64,000 nt of DNA from Vicinamibacterales bacterium (lineage in GTDB: Bacteria > Acidobacteriota > Vicinamibacteria > Vicinamibacterales > SCN-69-37). Position 1 is the stretch's first letter. Every line of letters starts with the position of its first letter. The notes beneath the pieces were generated by a model. The model had not been told where the DNA came from. It ran no database searches and saw only the letters and a list, made by a program, of their open reading frames with translations. Both the position numbers and the translations under genes were made by a program. The stretch is taken from contig DATEGZ010000200.1 of NCBI GenBank assembly GCA_035279905.1, positions 1 through 64,000 on the forward strand, read 5' to 3'. Positions 29,682 through 38,305 of this stretch are shown here, piece after piece.

Positions 29682-31309
29682 GCACGCCGACCTGCGCCGC
29701 AGTGCTGGCCCGCACGCTGCGTGAGGCCGGCATCACGCGGATGTTCGGACTGCCGGGCGGTGAAGTGCTCGACTTCATCGACGCCGCCCGGCGCGAAGGC
29801 ATCGACTTTCTCCTCACGCGCCACGAAGCCGGCGCGGCGTTCATGGCCGACGTCACCGGGCAAATCCAGCGGCGCCCGGGTGTCTGCGTCGCGACGCTCG
29901 GACCCGGCGCGATGAACATGGCGCTCGGCGTCGCCAACGCGTATCTCGATCGCTCGCCCGTGATCGCGATCACGGCGACGCTCGCCCGCGCCAACAGCCG
30001 CATCGCCACGCACCAGGATCTCGATCTGAACGCGGTGTACCGCCCGTTCACCAAGCTCGCGCTGACGCTCGACGGGCACGACACGGCCGCGAAGGTGCGG
30101 CACGCGATCGCGGTCAGCCTCGAGCCGCGCATGGGCCCGGTGCACATCGCCGTGCCGAGTGACGTCGCGCGAACGCCGGACGCCGACACGCCGGCCGCAC
30201 CGATCGCGGAACGATCCTTCACGCCCGCGCCGCCCGCGGATCTCGATCGCGTCGCCACCGAGATCGCGCGCGCTCGCCGGCCCGTTGTCGTGCTCGGCAT
30301 CGACGTCAACCCGCACGCGGAGGCGCGCGCGGTGCGTGCGTTCGTCGACGCGCTGGGCGCGCCGGTATTCGTCACGCCCAAGGCCAAGGGCCTCGTGTCC
30401 GAGGACCACCCGCTGTTCTACGGCGTCTGCGCCGGCGTGTCCGCGGACGCCGTCGTCGTGGACTGGCTCGGCCGCGCGGATCTGCTCATCGGCGTTGGAT
30501 TCGACCCGGTGGAGTCCGACAAGGTGTGGCATCACACGATGCCGATGGTCTCCGTCGGCCCGGTGTCGATCGCGAAAGACGATTTCCGCCCACGTGCTGA
30601 AGCCGTTGGAGATCTGAGCACCGCGCTCGCCGTGCTGGCGACGCGGCTGGGCGCGCGGGCGATCGAATGGACCGCCGGCGATCGCGCGACGTTCAGGCGC
30701 GAGCTCGAAGCCGTGCTGCGGCCCACCGCCGTGCCGCGCGGGCTCTCGGGATACGAGCTGACGCGCCGGCTGCGCGAGTCGTTTCCGCGCGACACCATCT
30801 TCGTCACCGACGTCGGCTCAGTGAAGATGGTCACGTCGCAGGCCTGGACGTCGTACGAGCCGCAGACGTTCTTCGAATCCAACGGCCTGTCGGCGATGAG
30901 CTACAGCCTGCCGGCGGCGATGGCCGCGCGACTGCAGTACCCCAAGCGGCCGATTCTCTGCACCATTGGCGACGGCGGGTTCGGCATGACGATCGCCGAG
31001 ATCGAAACCTGCGTGCGCGAGCGCCTGCACTTCACAACGGTCGTTTACAACGACAGCAGCCTGAGCCTGATCGACGCCGCGCAGCAGCGCCGCGGCTACC
31101 CGACCACGGGCGTCCGCCACAGCCAGGTGGACTTCGCCGCGGCCGCCGCGGCTTTCGGCGCGTGGTCGCGCCGGGTCGAGACGATGGAACAACTGGACGC
31201 GGCCCTCGGGCAGTCGGCCGGCATCGACCGGCCGGTCGTGATCGACGCGGTCGTGGATCCGGCGGAGTATAGGGCGCAGACAGGGCCGCGGGGAAAACTT
31301 AAAACTTAG
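29678..31309 (+). CDS. Thiamine-pyrophosphate enzyme of the acetolactate synthase large-subunit family
   Basis: TPP-binding motif GDGGFGMT...NDSSL. N-terminal Pyr domain (GLPGGEVLDFIDA). The last four codons and the TAG stop are encoded inside the family-1 repeat element. Confidence 0.75.
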   Translation: MSTPTCAAVLARTLREAGITRMFGLPGGEVLDFIDAARREGIDFLLTRHEAGAAFMADVTGQIQRRPGVCVATLGPGAMNMALGVANAYLDRSPVIAITATLARANSRIATHQDLDLNAVYRPFTKLALTLDGHDTAAKVRHAIAVSLEPRMGPVHIAVPSDVARTPDADTPAAPIAERSFTPAPPADLDRVATEIARARRPVVVLGIDVNPHAEARAVRAFVDALGAPVFVTPKAKGLVSEDHPLFYGVCAGVSADAVVVDWLGRADLLIGVGFDPVESDKVWHHTMPMVSVGPVSIAKDDFRPRAEAVGDLSTALAVLATRLGARAIEWTAGDRATFRRELEAVLRPTAVPRGLSGYELTRRLRESFPRDTIFVTDVGSVKMVTSQAWTSYEPQTFFESNGLSAMSYSLPAAMAARLQYPKRPILCTIGDGGFGMTIAEIETCVRERLHFTTVVYNDSSLSLIDAAQQRRGYPTTGVRHSQVDFAAAAAAFGAWSRRVETMEQLDAALGQSAGIDRPVVIDAVVDPAEYRAQTGPRGKLKT

Positions 31310-31388
31310 AACTCAAAACTTAGAACTTCAGAGGATCACGCGGTCATTCCGAAGTTCTAAGTTTGAAGTTCTAAGTTCTAAGTTGATC
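31296..31388. repeat. Family-1 tandem-heptamer hairpin element, copy B
   Basis: AACTTAAAACTTAGAACTCAAAACTTAGAACTTCAGAG - loop GGATCACGCGGTCATTCC - GAAGTTCTAAGTTTGAAGTTCTAAGTTCTAAGTTGATC. Spans exactly from inside the stop of the TPP enzyme gene to 3 nt before the stop of the ABC exporter gene. Confidence 0.85.
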
Positions 31389-33208
31389 TACCTGTATCCT
31401 GCGGCCTGGAGCTCAAACAGCTCCGCATATCGCCCGCCGGCGCGCAGCAGCTCGCTGTGCGTGCCGATTTCCTTCACGCGGCCGTCGGCGATCACGGCGA
31501 TCCGATCGGCGATGCGCACGGTCGAGAACCGGTGCGAGATCACGATGCCGATGCGGCCTTTCAGGTTGTCTTTGAGCTCGGCGAAGATCGCGGCCTCGGC
31601 TTCCGGGTCGAGTGACGACGTCGGCTCGTCGAGAATCCAGATGTCGGCGTCGCGGTACATGATGCGCGCGAGCGCGAGGCGCTGCCACTCGCCGCCCGAC
31701 AGATCGTGTCCGCCCTCGAAGAGCCGGCCCACCTTCGAATCGAGGCCGTTCGGCATTTTCTTGACGAGCCAGTCGCTCCGCGCGTCGCGCAGCGCTTCCA
31801 TCACGTGCGCGTCGTCGACCGGCGCGTCGGGCCGGCCCATCACGACGTTTTCGCGGACGGACAGCTCGTACGTCGCGTAGTCCTGAAACAGCACGCCGAT
31901 GCGGCCCCGGAGCACTTCCGGATCGACCTCCTTCAGGTTGATGCCGCCAACGCGCACCGATCCGAGGTCGGGATCGTAGAACCGCATCAACAGCTTGACG
32001 AGCGTGCTCTTGCCCGCGCCGTTCTCGCCGACGAGCGCGACCAACTCGCCGTGCTTGATGTTGAGCGTCAACCCCGCCACAGCCGGCTCCGTGCCGCCCG
32101 GATACGCAAACGTCACGTCGTCGAACTCAATCCCGTCGATCGGACCAGCCGGAATGGCGCGCGGCTTTTTCGGCACCGGGATGAGCGGCTCGATCGAGAG
32201 GAACGAGAAGTAGTCGTCGAGAAAGGTGGTGTGCTGATCGACGGCGACGAACGTGCTGGAGATCTGCCCGAGCGTGCCCGCGACCGACGTGAACGCGCCG
32301 ATCACGAGGACGACGCCGCCGGGATCGATCGCGCCGGCCATGCCGCGCATGGCGACGAACCCGTAGGCGAGCGCGAGCGTCGTGCCGGTGACGAGCCCGG
32401 TGAGCAGCGAGATGCGCGTGCCCGACCGGTACATCTGCTCGCGCTGGCGGAACAAATCCTCGGACAGCTTCTGGTGGCGCCGCATGAGGTAGTCGGAGAG
32501 CACGTACGCGCGGATTTCCTTCGTCGTGCGCGGCTGCACGAGCAAATCGCCGAGATACTCGCGCTCGCGCTCCTCCGGCGTCTCTTTGTAGAAGTACTCG
32601 TAGAGCTTCGACGTCACGCTCCGTTCGAGGACCAGCGACAGAAGCGCGGCGACGAGCGCCAGCACGACGAGCACCCAATGCAGGCTCGCGAGGAGGAACG
32701 CCATCCCCGCGATCGTGACGACGTTGCCCGAGAGGCCGAGGACTGACCAGGTGAGATCGCCGGGCCGCCACGAGACGTCGCGCTTGGCGCGCGCGAGACG
32801 ATCGTGCCAGTCGGAGTTGTCGAAGTGGCCGAGGTCGACTCTCGACGCCTGCGCGAGCAGCCGGCGTTCCGCCTCGAGCTGCACGCGACGCACGTACAGG
32901 TTGCGTCCGTACCCGGTGTACGCGCCCACGGCGCGCTGCACACCGATGGCCACCCACAACCCGAGCACGACCGGCAGGATCGACGTGAATCCCGCCGGGT
33001 GCAGGCGCGCATCGGCGATGCGGTTGACGAGGATCGCGCCCAGCTTGACGGCCACGGGCGCCAACGCCGCGCTCACGATCCCGAGCAGCGTGTACCGAAT
33101 CAAGAGTTTCGGCGACGCCGACCACGCGAGCGCCATCCCAAGCCGGAAATTCTTCCGGACGCGCCGGAGGCGGCCCTTGATCGGCGTTGAGGTCGGCGGG
33201 CTGTTCAC
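31388..33208 (-). CDS. ABC exporter, fused transmembrane and ATP-binding protein (MsbA-like)
   Basis: Six transmembrane helices. Walker A GENGAGKSTL. Signature LSGGEWQRLALAR. Walker B ILDEPTSSLD. Confidence 0.85.
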   Translation of the reverse strand: MNSPPTSTPIKGRLRRVRKNFRLGMALAWSASPKLLIRYTLLGIVSAALAPVAVKLGAILVNRIADARLHPAGFTSILPVVLGLWVAIGVQRAVGAYTGYGRNLYVRRVQLEAERRLLAQASRVDLGHFDNSDWHDRLARAKRDVSWRPGDLTWSVLGLSGNVVTIAGMAFLLASLHWVLVVLALVAALLSLVLERSVTSKLYEYFYKETPEEREREYLGDLLVQPRTTKEIRAYVLSDYLMRRHQKLSEDLFRQREQMYRSGTRISLLTGLVTGTTLALAYGFVAMRGMAGAIDPGGVVLVIGAFTSVAGTLGQISSTFVAVDQHTTFLDDYFSFLSIEPLIPVPKKPRAIPAGPIDGIEFDDVTFAYPGGTEPAVAGLTLNIKHGELVALVGENGAGKSTLVKLLMRFYDPDLGSVRVGGINLKEVDPEVLRGRIGVLFQDYATYELSVRENVVMGRPDAPVDDAHVMEALRDARSDWLVKKMPNGLDSKVGRLFEGGHDLSGGEWQRLALARIMYRDADIWILDEPTSSLDPEAEAAIFAELKDNLKGRIGIVISHRFSTVRIADRIAVIADGRVKEIGTHSELLRAGGRYAELFELQAAGYR

Positions 33209-33221
33209 GCGCCACCAATGA

Positions 33222-33275
33222 TAGTGAATCCTTGTGGTTCCGGGGTTCCGGGGTTCCGGGGTTCCGAGGTGCGCT
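33222..33275. repeat. Family-2 GGTTCCGG-array element, one-armed copy
   Basis: GTGAATCCTTGTGGTTCCGGGGTTCCGGGGTTCCGGGGTTCCGAGGTGCGCTGGCGGCG. Homologous to the left arm and loop-proximal part of the copies at 38162 and 49462. No complementary right arm. Confidence 0.7.
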
Positions 33276-33360
33276 GGCGGCGTTTCACCGACCCGCCGTG
33301 TCGCTTCACCGATTCGAGGGATATCCGCGGCCAGTCATCGCGTATCAACGACAGAGACGC

Positions 33361-35529
33361 ATGCGACTCCTGCTGTTGATGCTCGCCGCGGCCATGACGC
33401 CGCAAACAGGTTCGGTCACGGGTGACGTCGTGGATCCCGCGGGTCTGGCGCTGCCGGGGGTAGTCGTCACGGTGCGCGGGACGACCGCGGTGGCCGTGAC
33501 CGACGAGCACGGACGATTCGCCATCAGCGTGGGCTCGGGCGAGACGCAACTGAGCTTCGCGCTCTCCGGATTCTCGACACGGACGGCGGTCGTCACGCCG
33601 CCGGCGCCGCCGCTGCACATCGTCCTGGCGCTGGCGCCGGTGTCGAGCGAGGTGGTCGTCCGCGCGCCCGTCACGGTGACGCCGCCGGACGCGCGAATCG
33701 CGCTGCGTCCGCTCGACATCGTGCGGACCGCGGGCACCCAGGCCGACGTGATGCGGGCGCTCGCGCTCCTGCCGGGCGCGGCGCAGGTCGACGAAGGCGC
33801 GGGGCTGTTCGTGCGCGGCGGCGACGTCAGCGAAACCGCCGTGCTGCTCGATGAGTCGCCGCTCAATCATCCGTATCGCTACGAGACGCCGACCGGCGGG
33901 TTCCGCGGCGCGGTCGATCCGTTTCTGACGCAGGGCGTGTCGTTTTCGACCGGTGGATTCTCCGCGGCCTACGGCAACAGCCTCAGCGGCGTCGTCGACA
34001 TGCGCAGCCTCGATCGGCCGGCGGTGCGACGCATCAACGCGACGGCCGGACTCGCGGGCGTGTCCTTCGCCGCCGGCGAGCCGCTCGGATCCTCGGCGGG
34101 CGTGCGCGTCGCGCTCAATCGGGCGACGCCGGCCATGCTCTTCGCCGTCAACCCGAGCCCGCGCGAGTTCGATCAGCTGCCGGGCGGATGGGACGCGAGC
34201 GCCAGCGCGTACGCGAGCGGATCAGGCGGCTCATTCAAAGTGTTCGTGCTGGGCCAGCAGGATCACGTTGGCGTCGAGCTCGAGCAGGACGGGTTCACTG
34301 GTTTTCTCCACTCGGCGACGACCTATCGGGCGCTCGTCGCGAACTGGCAGCGGCCGCTCGCGAACGGCTGGAACGTGAACGCCGCCGGCACGATCGATCA
34401 CCACGTGGATTCGACCGACGTCGGCGTGCTGCAGATCGCGGCCAACGACGATTCGCGCGCGGCCCGGGTGGACTTCAGCGGCCCGGTCGGCACCTGGGCG
34501 GTGCAATTTGGCGCGGACGCCGGCTGGACGTTCACCGACGCGCAAGGCATCGTCCCGGAGCGCGGCGGCGATTTCGACGGCGTCAGCGGGACGACGGCCT
34601 ACGACGTCGCGCATCACGACAATCGGGGCGGCGCGTACGGCGAAGTCACGCGCGCGTTCGGGCGCGTGGTGGCGACGGTGGGCATCCGCTCGGACTACTT
34701 CTCCACCGCGCACGCCGGACGCGTCGATCCGCGCGCGAGCGTCGCGATCAATCTTGGCGCCGCGGGACAGCTGCGCACAGCGTGGGGCATTTACCACCAG
34801 GCGCCGTCGCCGTCGTACTTCGACGACGTCCGCGGCGCGACCGCGCTCAAACCGATGACGGCCGTCCACTACATCGCCGGCTACGACATCGGCCGCATCG
34901 ACGGCGCGGCGTTCTTTCGCGCCGAGGCGTACTACAAGACGTATCGCGATCTGCCGGTTCAGGACGACCAGTTCGGTTACGTGGACAGGGGCTACGGCCA
35001 CGCGCAGGGGATCGATCTCTTCGGACGCCGCGTCTGGCACTTCATCGACGTGCGCGCCAGCGCGAGCTTCATCGACACCCAGCGCCGCTGGACGTCACCG
35101 GTGCAGCGCGATCGATTCCCGCTGCCGTCCGGCACGTGGACGCCCGACTTTTCGATCCCGTACACGTGGCAGGTCGTCGTCAACGCGCCTGTGTGGTACA
35201 CGGTATGGCTCGGCGCGTCGTGGCGCACCGCAGCGGGCCGCCCGGCGACGCCGGCAATCGGATCGATCGCGACGCCGGAGGGCTACCTGCCCATCTGGGG
35301 CCCGATCAACTCCGAGCGGCTGCCGCGCTACGAGCGGCTCGACCTGTCGGTGAGCTACCTCCGCAAGATCGGCGCGCACGCCAGCGGCGTGTTCTTCGCG
35401 AGCGTCGACAACGCGACGAACCACTTCAACTTCTTCGAGTACGCCTACTCCGCGGACTACAGCACGCGCCGCCCCGTCGCGGGCGCGATGCCGCGCGGCT
35501 TCTACGTCGGCTGTTCGATCACTCGGTGA
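33361..35529 (+). CDS. TonB-dependent receptor-like outer-membrane protein with an N-terminal carboxypeptidase-regulatory domain
   Basis: Signal peptide MRLLLLMLAAAMT. CarbopepD_reg block (GSVTGDVVD...VVVTVRG...GRFAIS). Plug-like segment (VLLDESPLN). Long beta-rich C-terminus. Confidence 0.6.
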   Translation: MRLLLLMLAAAMTPQTGSVTGDVVDPAGLALPGVVVTVRGTTAVAVTDEHGRFAISVGSGETQLSFALSGFSTRTAVVTPPAPPLHIVLALAPVSSEVVVRAPVTVTPPDARIALRPLDIVRTAGTQADVMRALALLPGAAQVDEGAGLFVRGGDVSETAVLLDESPLNHPYRYETPTGGFRGAVDPFLTQGVSFSTGGFSAAYGNSLSGVVDMRSLDRPAVRRINATAGLAGVSFAAGEPLGSSAGVRVALNRATPAMLFAVNPSPREFDQLPGGWDASASAYASGSGGSFKVFVLGQQDHVGVELEQDGFTGFLHSATTYRALVANWQRPLANGWNVNAAGTIDHHVDSTDVGVLQIAANDDSRAARVDFSGPVGTWAVQFGADAGWTFTDAQGIVPERGGDFDGVSGTTAYDVAHHDNRGGAYGEVTRAFGRVVATVGIRSDYFSTAHAGRVDPRASVAINLGAAGQLRTAWGIYHQAPSPSYFDDVRGATALKPMTAVHYIAGYDIGRIDGAAFFRAEAYYKTYRDLPVQDDQFGYVDRGYGHAQGIDLFGRRVWHFIDVRASASFIDTQRRWTSPVQRDRFPLPSGTWTPDFSIPYTWQVVVNAPVWYTVWLGASWRTAAGRPATPAIGSIATPEGYLPIWGPINSERLPRYERLDLSVSYLRKIGAHASGVFFASVDNATNHFNFFEYAYSADYSTRRPVAGAMPRGFYVGCSITR

Positions 35530-35546
35530 CCAGGAAGGATCTCGCC

Positions 35547-36335
35547 ATGCCACGACGTCTCCATCTCGCGATTGCCCTCGTCCTCGTGTTCGCGCCGATC
35601 CTCGGCGCGGCGCCGGCGCGTTTGCGGCCGGCCGAGGCCGACGATCTCGCGTCCATCGTGCAAACGCTCGAGCCGGCTGCGGTGGCCGGCAAAGTGCCCG
35701 ACATTCTCGCCGCGCGGCTCGCGTGCCTGCGCCTGCTCTCCGGGTCGCCCGCGGCGGATCGCGTGCCGCTCATCCGCTACACGGTCGCCTACGCCGCGTG
35801 GCGCGTGGCGTTCTCGCCCGAGGTGAGCGCCAGGGACCAGATGGCGCTGCTCGACGACGCGACCGTGCAACTCGAGGCGGCGATCAAGGCCGACGGCCGC
35901 TTCGCCGAAGCGATGGGTCTGCTCGGCGCGATCGACGGCGCGAAGATCGCGCACGCGCCCGACCTCGGCATGACACTCGGTCCTGAATCCAGTGCGATAC
36001 TGGGCCAGGCCGTCGGGCTCGAACCGAACAACCCGCGCCTGCTCGTCTTCCGAGGCCAGGGGCAGTTCCACACGCCGCCCGAGTTCGGCGGCAGCATCAA
36101 GGACGCGGAGGCGACGTTCCGGCGCGCGCTGCAGGCCTTCGATCAGGAGCCGGCGACGAAGGCGTGGCCGAACTGGGGCCGCTTCGACGCGCACGCGTGG
36201 CTGGGCCAGGCGCTGGCCTCGCGGAATGACAAGGCCGGCGCTCGCGCGGAATACGAGAAGGCGCTGGCGATCGCACCCGACTCCGCGTGGGTGAAGTACT
36301 CGCTGTTGCCGCAAGTCAAAGGACCCGAGTGGTAA
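35547..36335 (+). CDS. Secreted hypothetical protein (TPR-like alpha-helical)
   Basis: AGGAAGGA Shine-Dalgarno before the ATG at 35547. Signal peptide MPRRLHLAIALVLVFAPILGAAPA. Confidence 0.55.
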   Translation: MPRRLHLAIALVLVFAPILGAAPARLRPAEADDLASIVQTLEPAAVAGKVPDILAARLACLRLLSGSPAADRVPLIRYTVAYAAWRVAFSPEVSARDQMALLDDATVQLEAAIKADGRFAEAMGLLGAIDGAKIAHAPDLGMTLGPESSAILGQAVGLEPNNPRLLVFRGQGQFHTPPEFGGSIKDAEATFRRALQAFDQEPATKAWPNWGRFDAHAWLGQALASRNDKAGARAEYEKALAIAPDSAWVKYSLLPQVKGPEW

Positions 36336-36370
36336 ACCTCGACCAACAGGAGCGGACGCCGACGATCGAT

Positions 36371-37426
36371 TTGTCCGATCGCCCACCAGCACGCCTGTGG
36401 TGGCGCGGGCCGCTGCTCTGGACGGGCGGCGTGCTCCTCTACGCGCTCGTGCTCACGGTCCAGGTCGGACTGCCGCTGTCGATCTCGTTGCCATCGGCCG
36501 CGATCTACCTCTACTCGCTTGCGATCATCTCGATCCCGGTACGGATGTGGATGCAGCGGTCGCTGTCGCGCGGCCGGCCCACGGCGTCACAGCTCACGTG
36601 GTACGTGCTCGCGGGCTTCGCGACCGTCGGCCTCTGGTTCTGGGCCAACATGCTCTGGAACCGCTACACGATCGGGCCGGCGTATTGGTCGCTCGTCTAC
36701 GCCGGCAACTGGATCTTCCAGCTGCTGTTCGCGGTCACCGTCTACGGCACGGTCGTCGGCTTGCAGCTGACCGCGCAAGCCTGGCGGCGCGAGCGCGAGC
36801 GCGATCGCCGCGAAGCGGAGCTGATGTTGGTCGCGCGTGACGCCGAACTGGGCGCCATCCGCGCGCAGTTCCAGCCGCACTTCGTGCTCAACGCGCTCAA
36901 CTCGCTCCTGGCGCTCATCGACAAGGACCCGGCGCTCGCGCGCACGATGGTCGTCCGGCTGGCGGACGTGATGAAGTCGGTGTTCGATCGCATGGACGTG
37001 CCCGCCGTGCCGCTCGAGCGCGAGCTCGACCTCGTCAAGGCGTACCTCGACGTCGAACGCATCCGCTTCGGCGCGCGGCTCAGCGCCGCGTTCGAGATCG
37101 ACGATGCCGCGCGCGGCGTGCTCGTGCCGCCGTTTCTGCTGCAGCCGATCGTCGAGAACGCGGTGAAGCACGGCATCGCGCCGAGCGCGGCGCCGGGCAC
37201 GGTGCGCGTGAGCGCAAAGGTGCGCGACGGACGACTCGATCTCGAAGTCCGCGACTCCGGCACCGGCGCGGCATCCGCGCCAGGCTCGGGCCGCGGTCTG
37301 GCGCTGACCCGCCGGCGTCTCGAGACCGTTTATCAAAACGCGTACGAGCTGACGTTCGACCGGCAGCCGACCGGCACGTCCGTGCGCATCAGCATGCCGG
37401 CGGACGCGGCCCTCCATGTCGCGTGA
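36371..37426 (+). CDS. LytS/YehU-type sensor histidine kinase (5TM sensor, His_kinase PF06580, HATPase)
   Basis: N-terminal transmembrane helices. H-box QFQPHFVLNALNSLLALI. The HATPase region includes VENAVKHG. The start is uncertain (TTG near 36371; GTG at 36287 is also possible). Confidence 0.7.
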   Translation: MSDRPPARLWWRGPLLWTGGVLLYALVLTVQVGLPLSISLPSAAIYLYSLAIISIPVRMWMQRSLSRGRPTASQLTWYVLAGFATVGLWFWANMLWNRYTIGPAYWSLVYAGNWIFQLLFAVTVYGTVVGLQLTAQAWRRERERDRREAELMLVARDAELGAIRAQFQPHFVLNALNSLLALIDKDPALARTMVVRLADVMKSVFDRMDVPAVPLERELDLVKAYLDVERIRFGARLSAAFEIDDAARGVLVPPFLLQPIVENAVKHGIAPSAAPGTVRVSAKVRDGRLDLEVRDSGTGAASAPGSGRGLALTRRRLETVYQNAYELTFDRQPTGTSVRISMPADAALHVA

Positions 37427-38171
37427 GGTCCTGCGGCTGCTCATCGCGGACGACGAGCCGCTGGCGCGCGACCTGGCGCGGCGATACGCGTCCAGCCAGC
37501 CCGATGTCGAGGTCGTCTCGGAGTGCGCGTCGGGCGACGAGCTCGCGCGCGCGCTGCCGGAAGTCCGGCCGGACGTCGTGCTGCTCGACATCCGGATGCC
37601 CGGCGCGGACGTCTTCACCGTGCTCGAGCGCGAATCCGCGCGGCCCGATCGGCTGCCCGCCGTGATCTTCGCGACGGCCTACGACAGCTACGCCGTCCGC
37701 GCGTTCGATCTGAACGCTGTCGACTACCTCGTCAAGCCGTACAGCGCGGATCGATTTGCCGAAGGGCTGCGCCGCGCGCGATCGCGCCAGGGATCCGAGC
37801 GCGCCGCCGACGGCCTCGCGCGCGTGATCCGCGACCTCGGCCCGCGCCCGGATCGCCTGCTCGTCCCCGACGGCCGCAAGATGGTCGCGATCGCGATCGA
37901 CGACATTATCTGGATCAAGGCGGAAGACGACTACGCGCGCATCCACACCGCCACGCGCAGCTACCTGATCAGCCGGACGCTGAAAGATCTCGAAGGGCGG
38001 CTGGATCCGGATCGCTTCGTGCGCTTACATCGATCGGCGCTCGTGCAAGCGTCGCACATTCGGGAAGTGACGGCTGAGGGCGGGAGCCGGTACCGGGTGC
38101 GGCTCAGTGATGGGACGAACGTGCTCGTGAGCCGAACGCGCGCACCTGAGCTTCGGCGGTGGATGATCTAG
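37416..38171 (+). CDS. LytTR-family response regulator
   Basis: Receiver domain (LIADDEP...VLLDIRMPG). C-terminal LytTR DNA-binding domain. Overlaps the kinase stop by 11 nt. Confidence 0.85.
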   Translation: MSREVLRLLIADDEPLARDLARRYASSQPDVEVVSECASGDELARALPEVRPDVVLLDIRMPGADVFTVLERESARPDRLPAVIFATAYDSYAVRAFDLNAVDYLVKPYSADRFAEGLRRARSRQGSERAADGLARVIRDLGPRPDRLLVPDGRKMVAIAIDDIIWIKAEDDYARIHTATRSYLISRTLKDLEGRLDPDRFVRLHRSALVQASHIREVTAEGGSRYRVRLSDGTNVLVSRTRAPELRRWMI

Positions 38172-38305
38172 TGATCCTTGTGGTTCCGGGGTTCCGGGGT
38201 TCCGGGGTTCCGAGGTTCCGGGGTTCGCTGGCCACGACAGCGGTCTGCAAGACGTGATCACGATCGGCAGAACCCCGGAACCGCGGAACCTCGGAACCCC
38301 GGAAC
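38162..38305. repeat. Family-2 GGTTCCGG-array hairpin element, full copy
   Basis: Left arm GTGGTTCCGGGGTTCCGGGGTTCCGGGGTTCCGAGGTTCCGGGGTTCGCTGG. Loop contains GACGTGATCACGATCGG. Right arm CAGAACCCCGGAACCGCGGAACCTCGGAACCCCGGAACC. Lies between the LytTR stop (38171) and the VWA stop (38306). Confidence 0.85.

Noticed and set aside
33187-33360. N-terminal extensions translated from GGTTCCGG repeats (WFRGSGVPGFRG...), here and at 38178..38546 and 49464..49559
   Set aside because: These peptides are translations of the intergenic repeat-array hairpins. The same pseudo-peptide recurs wherever the repeat occurs. The downstream genes have their own plausible starts and signal peptides.
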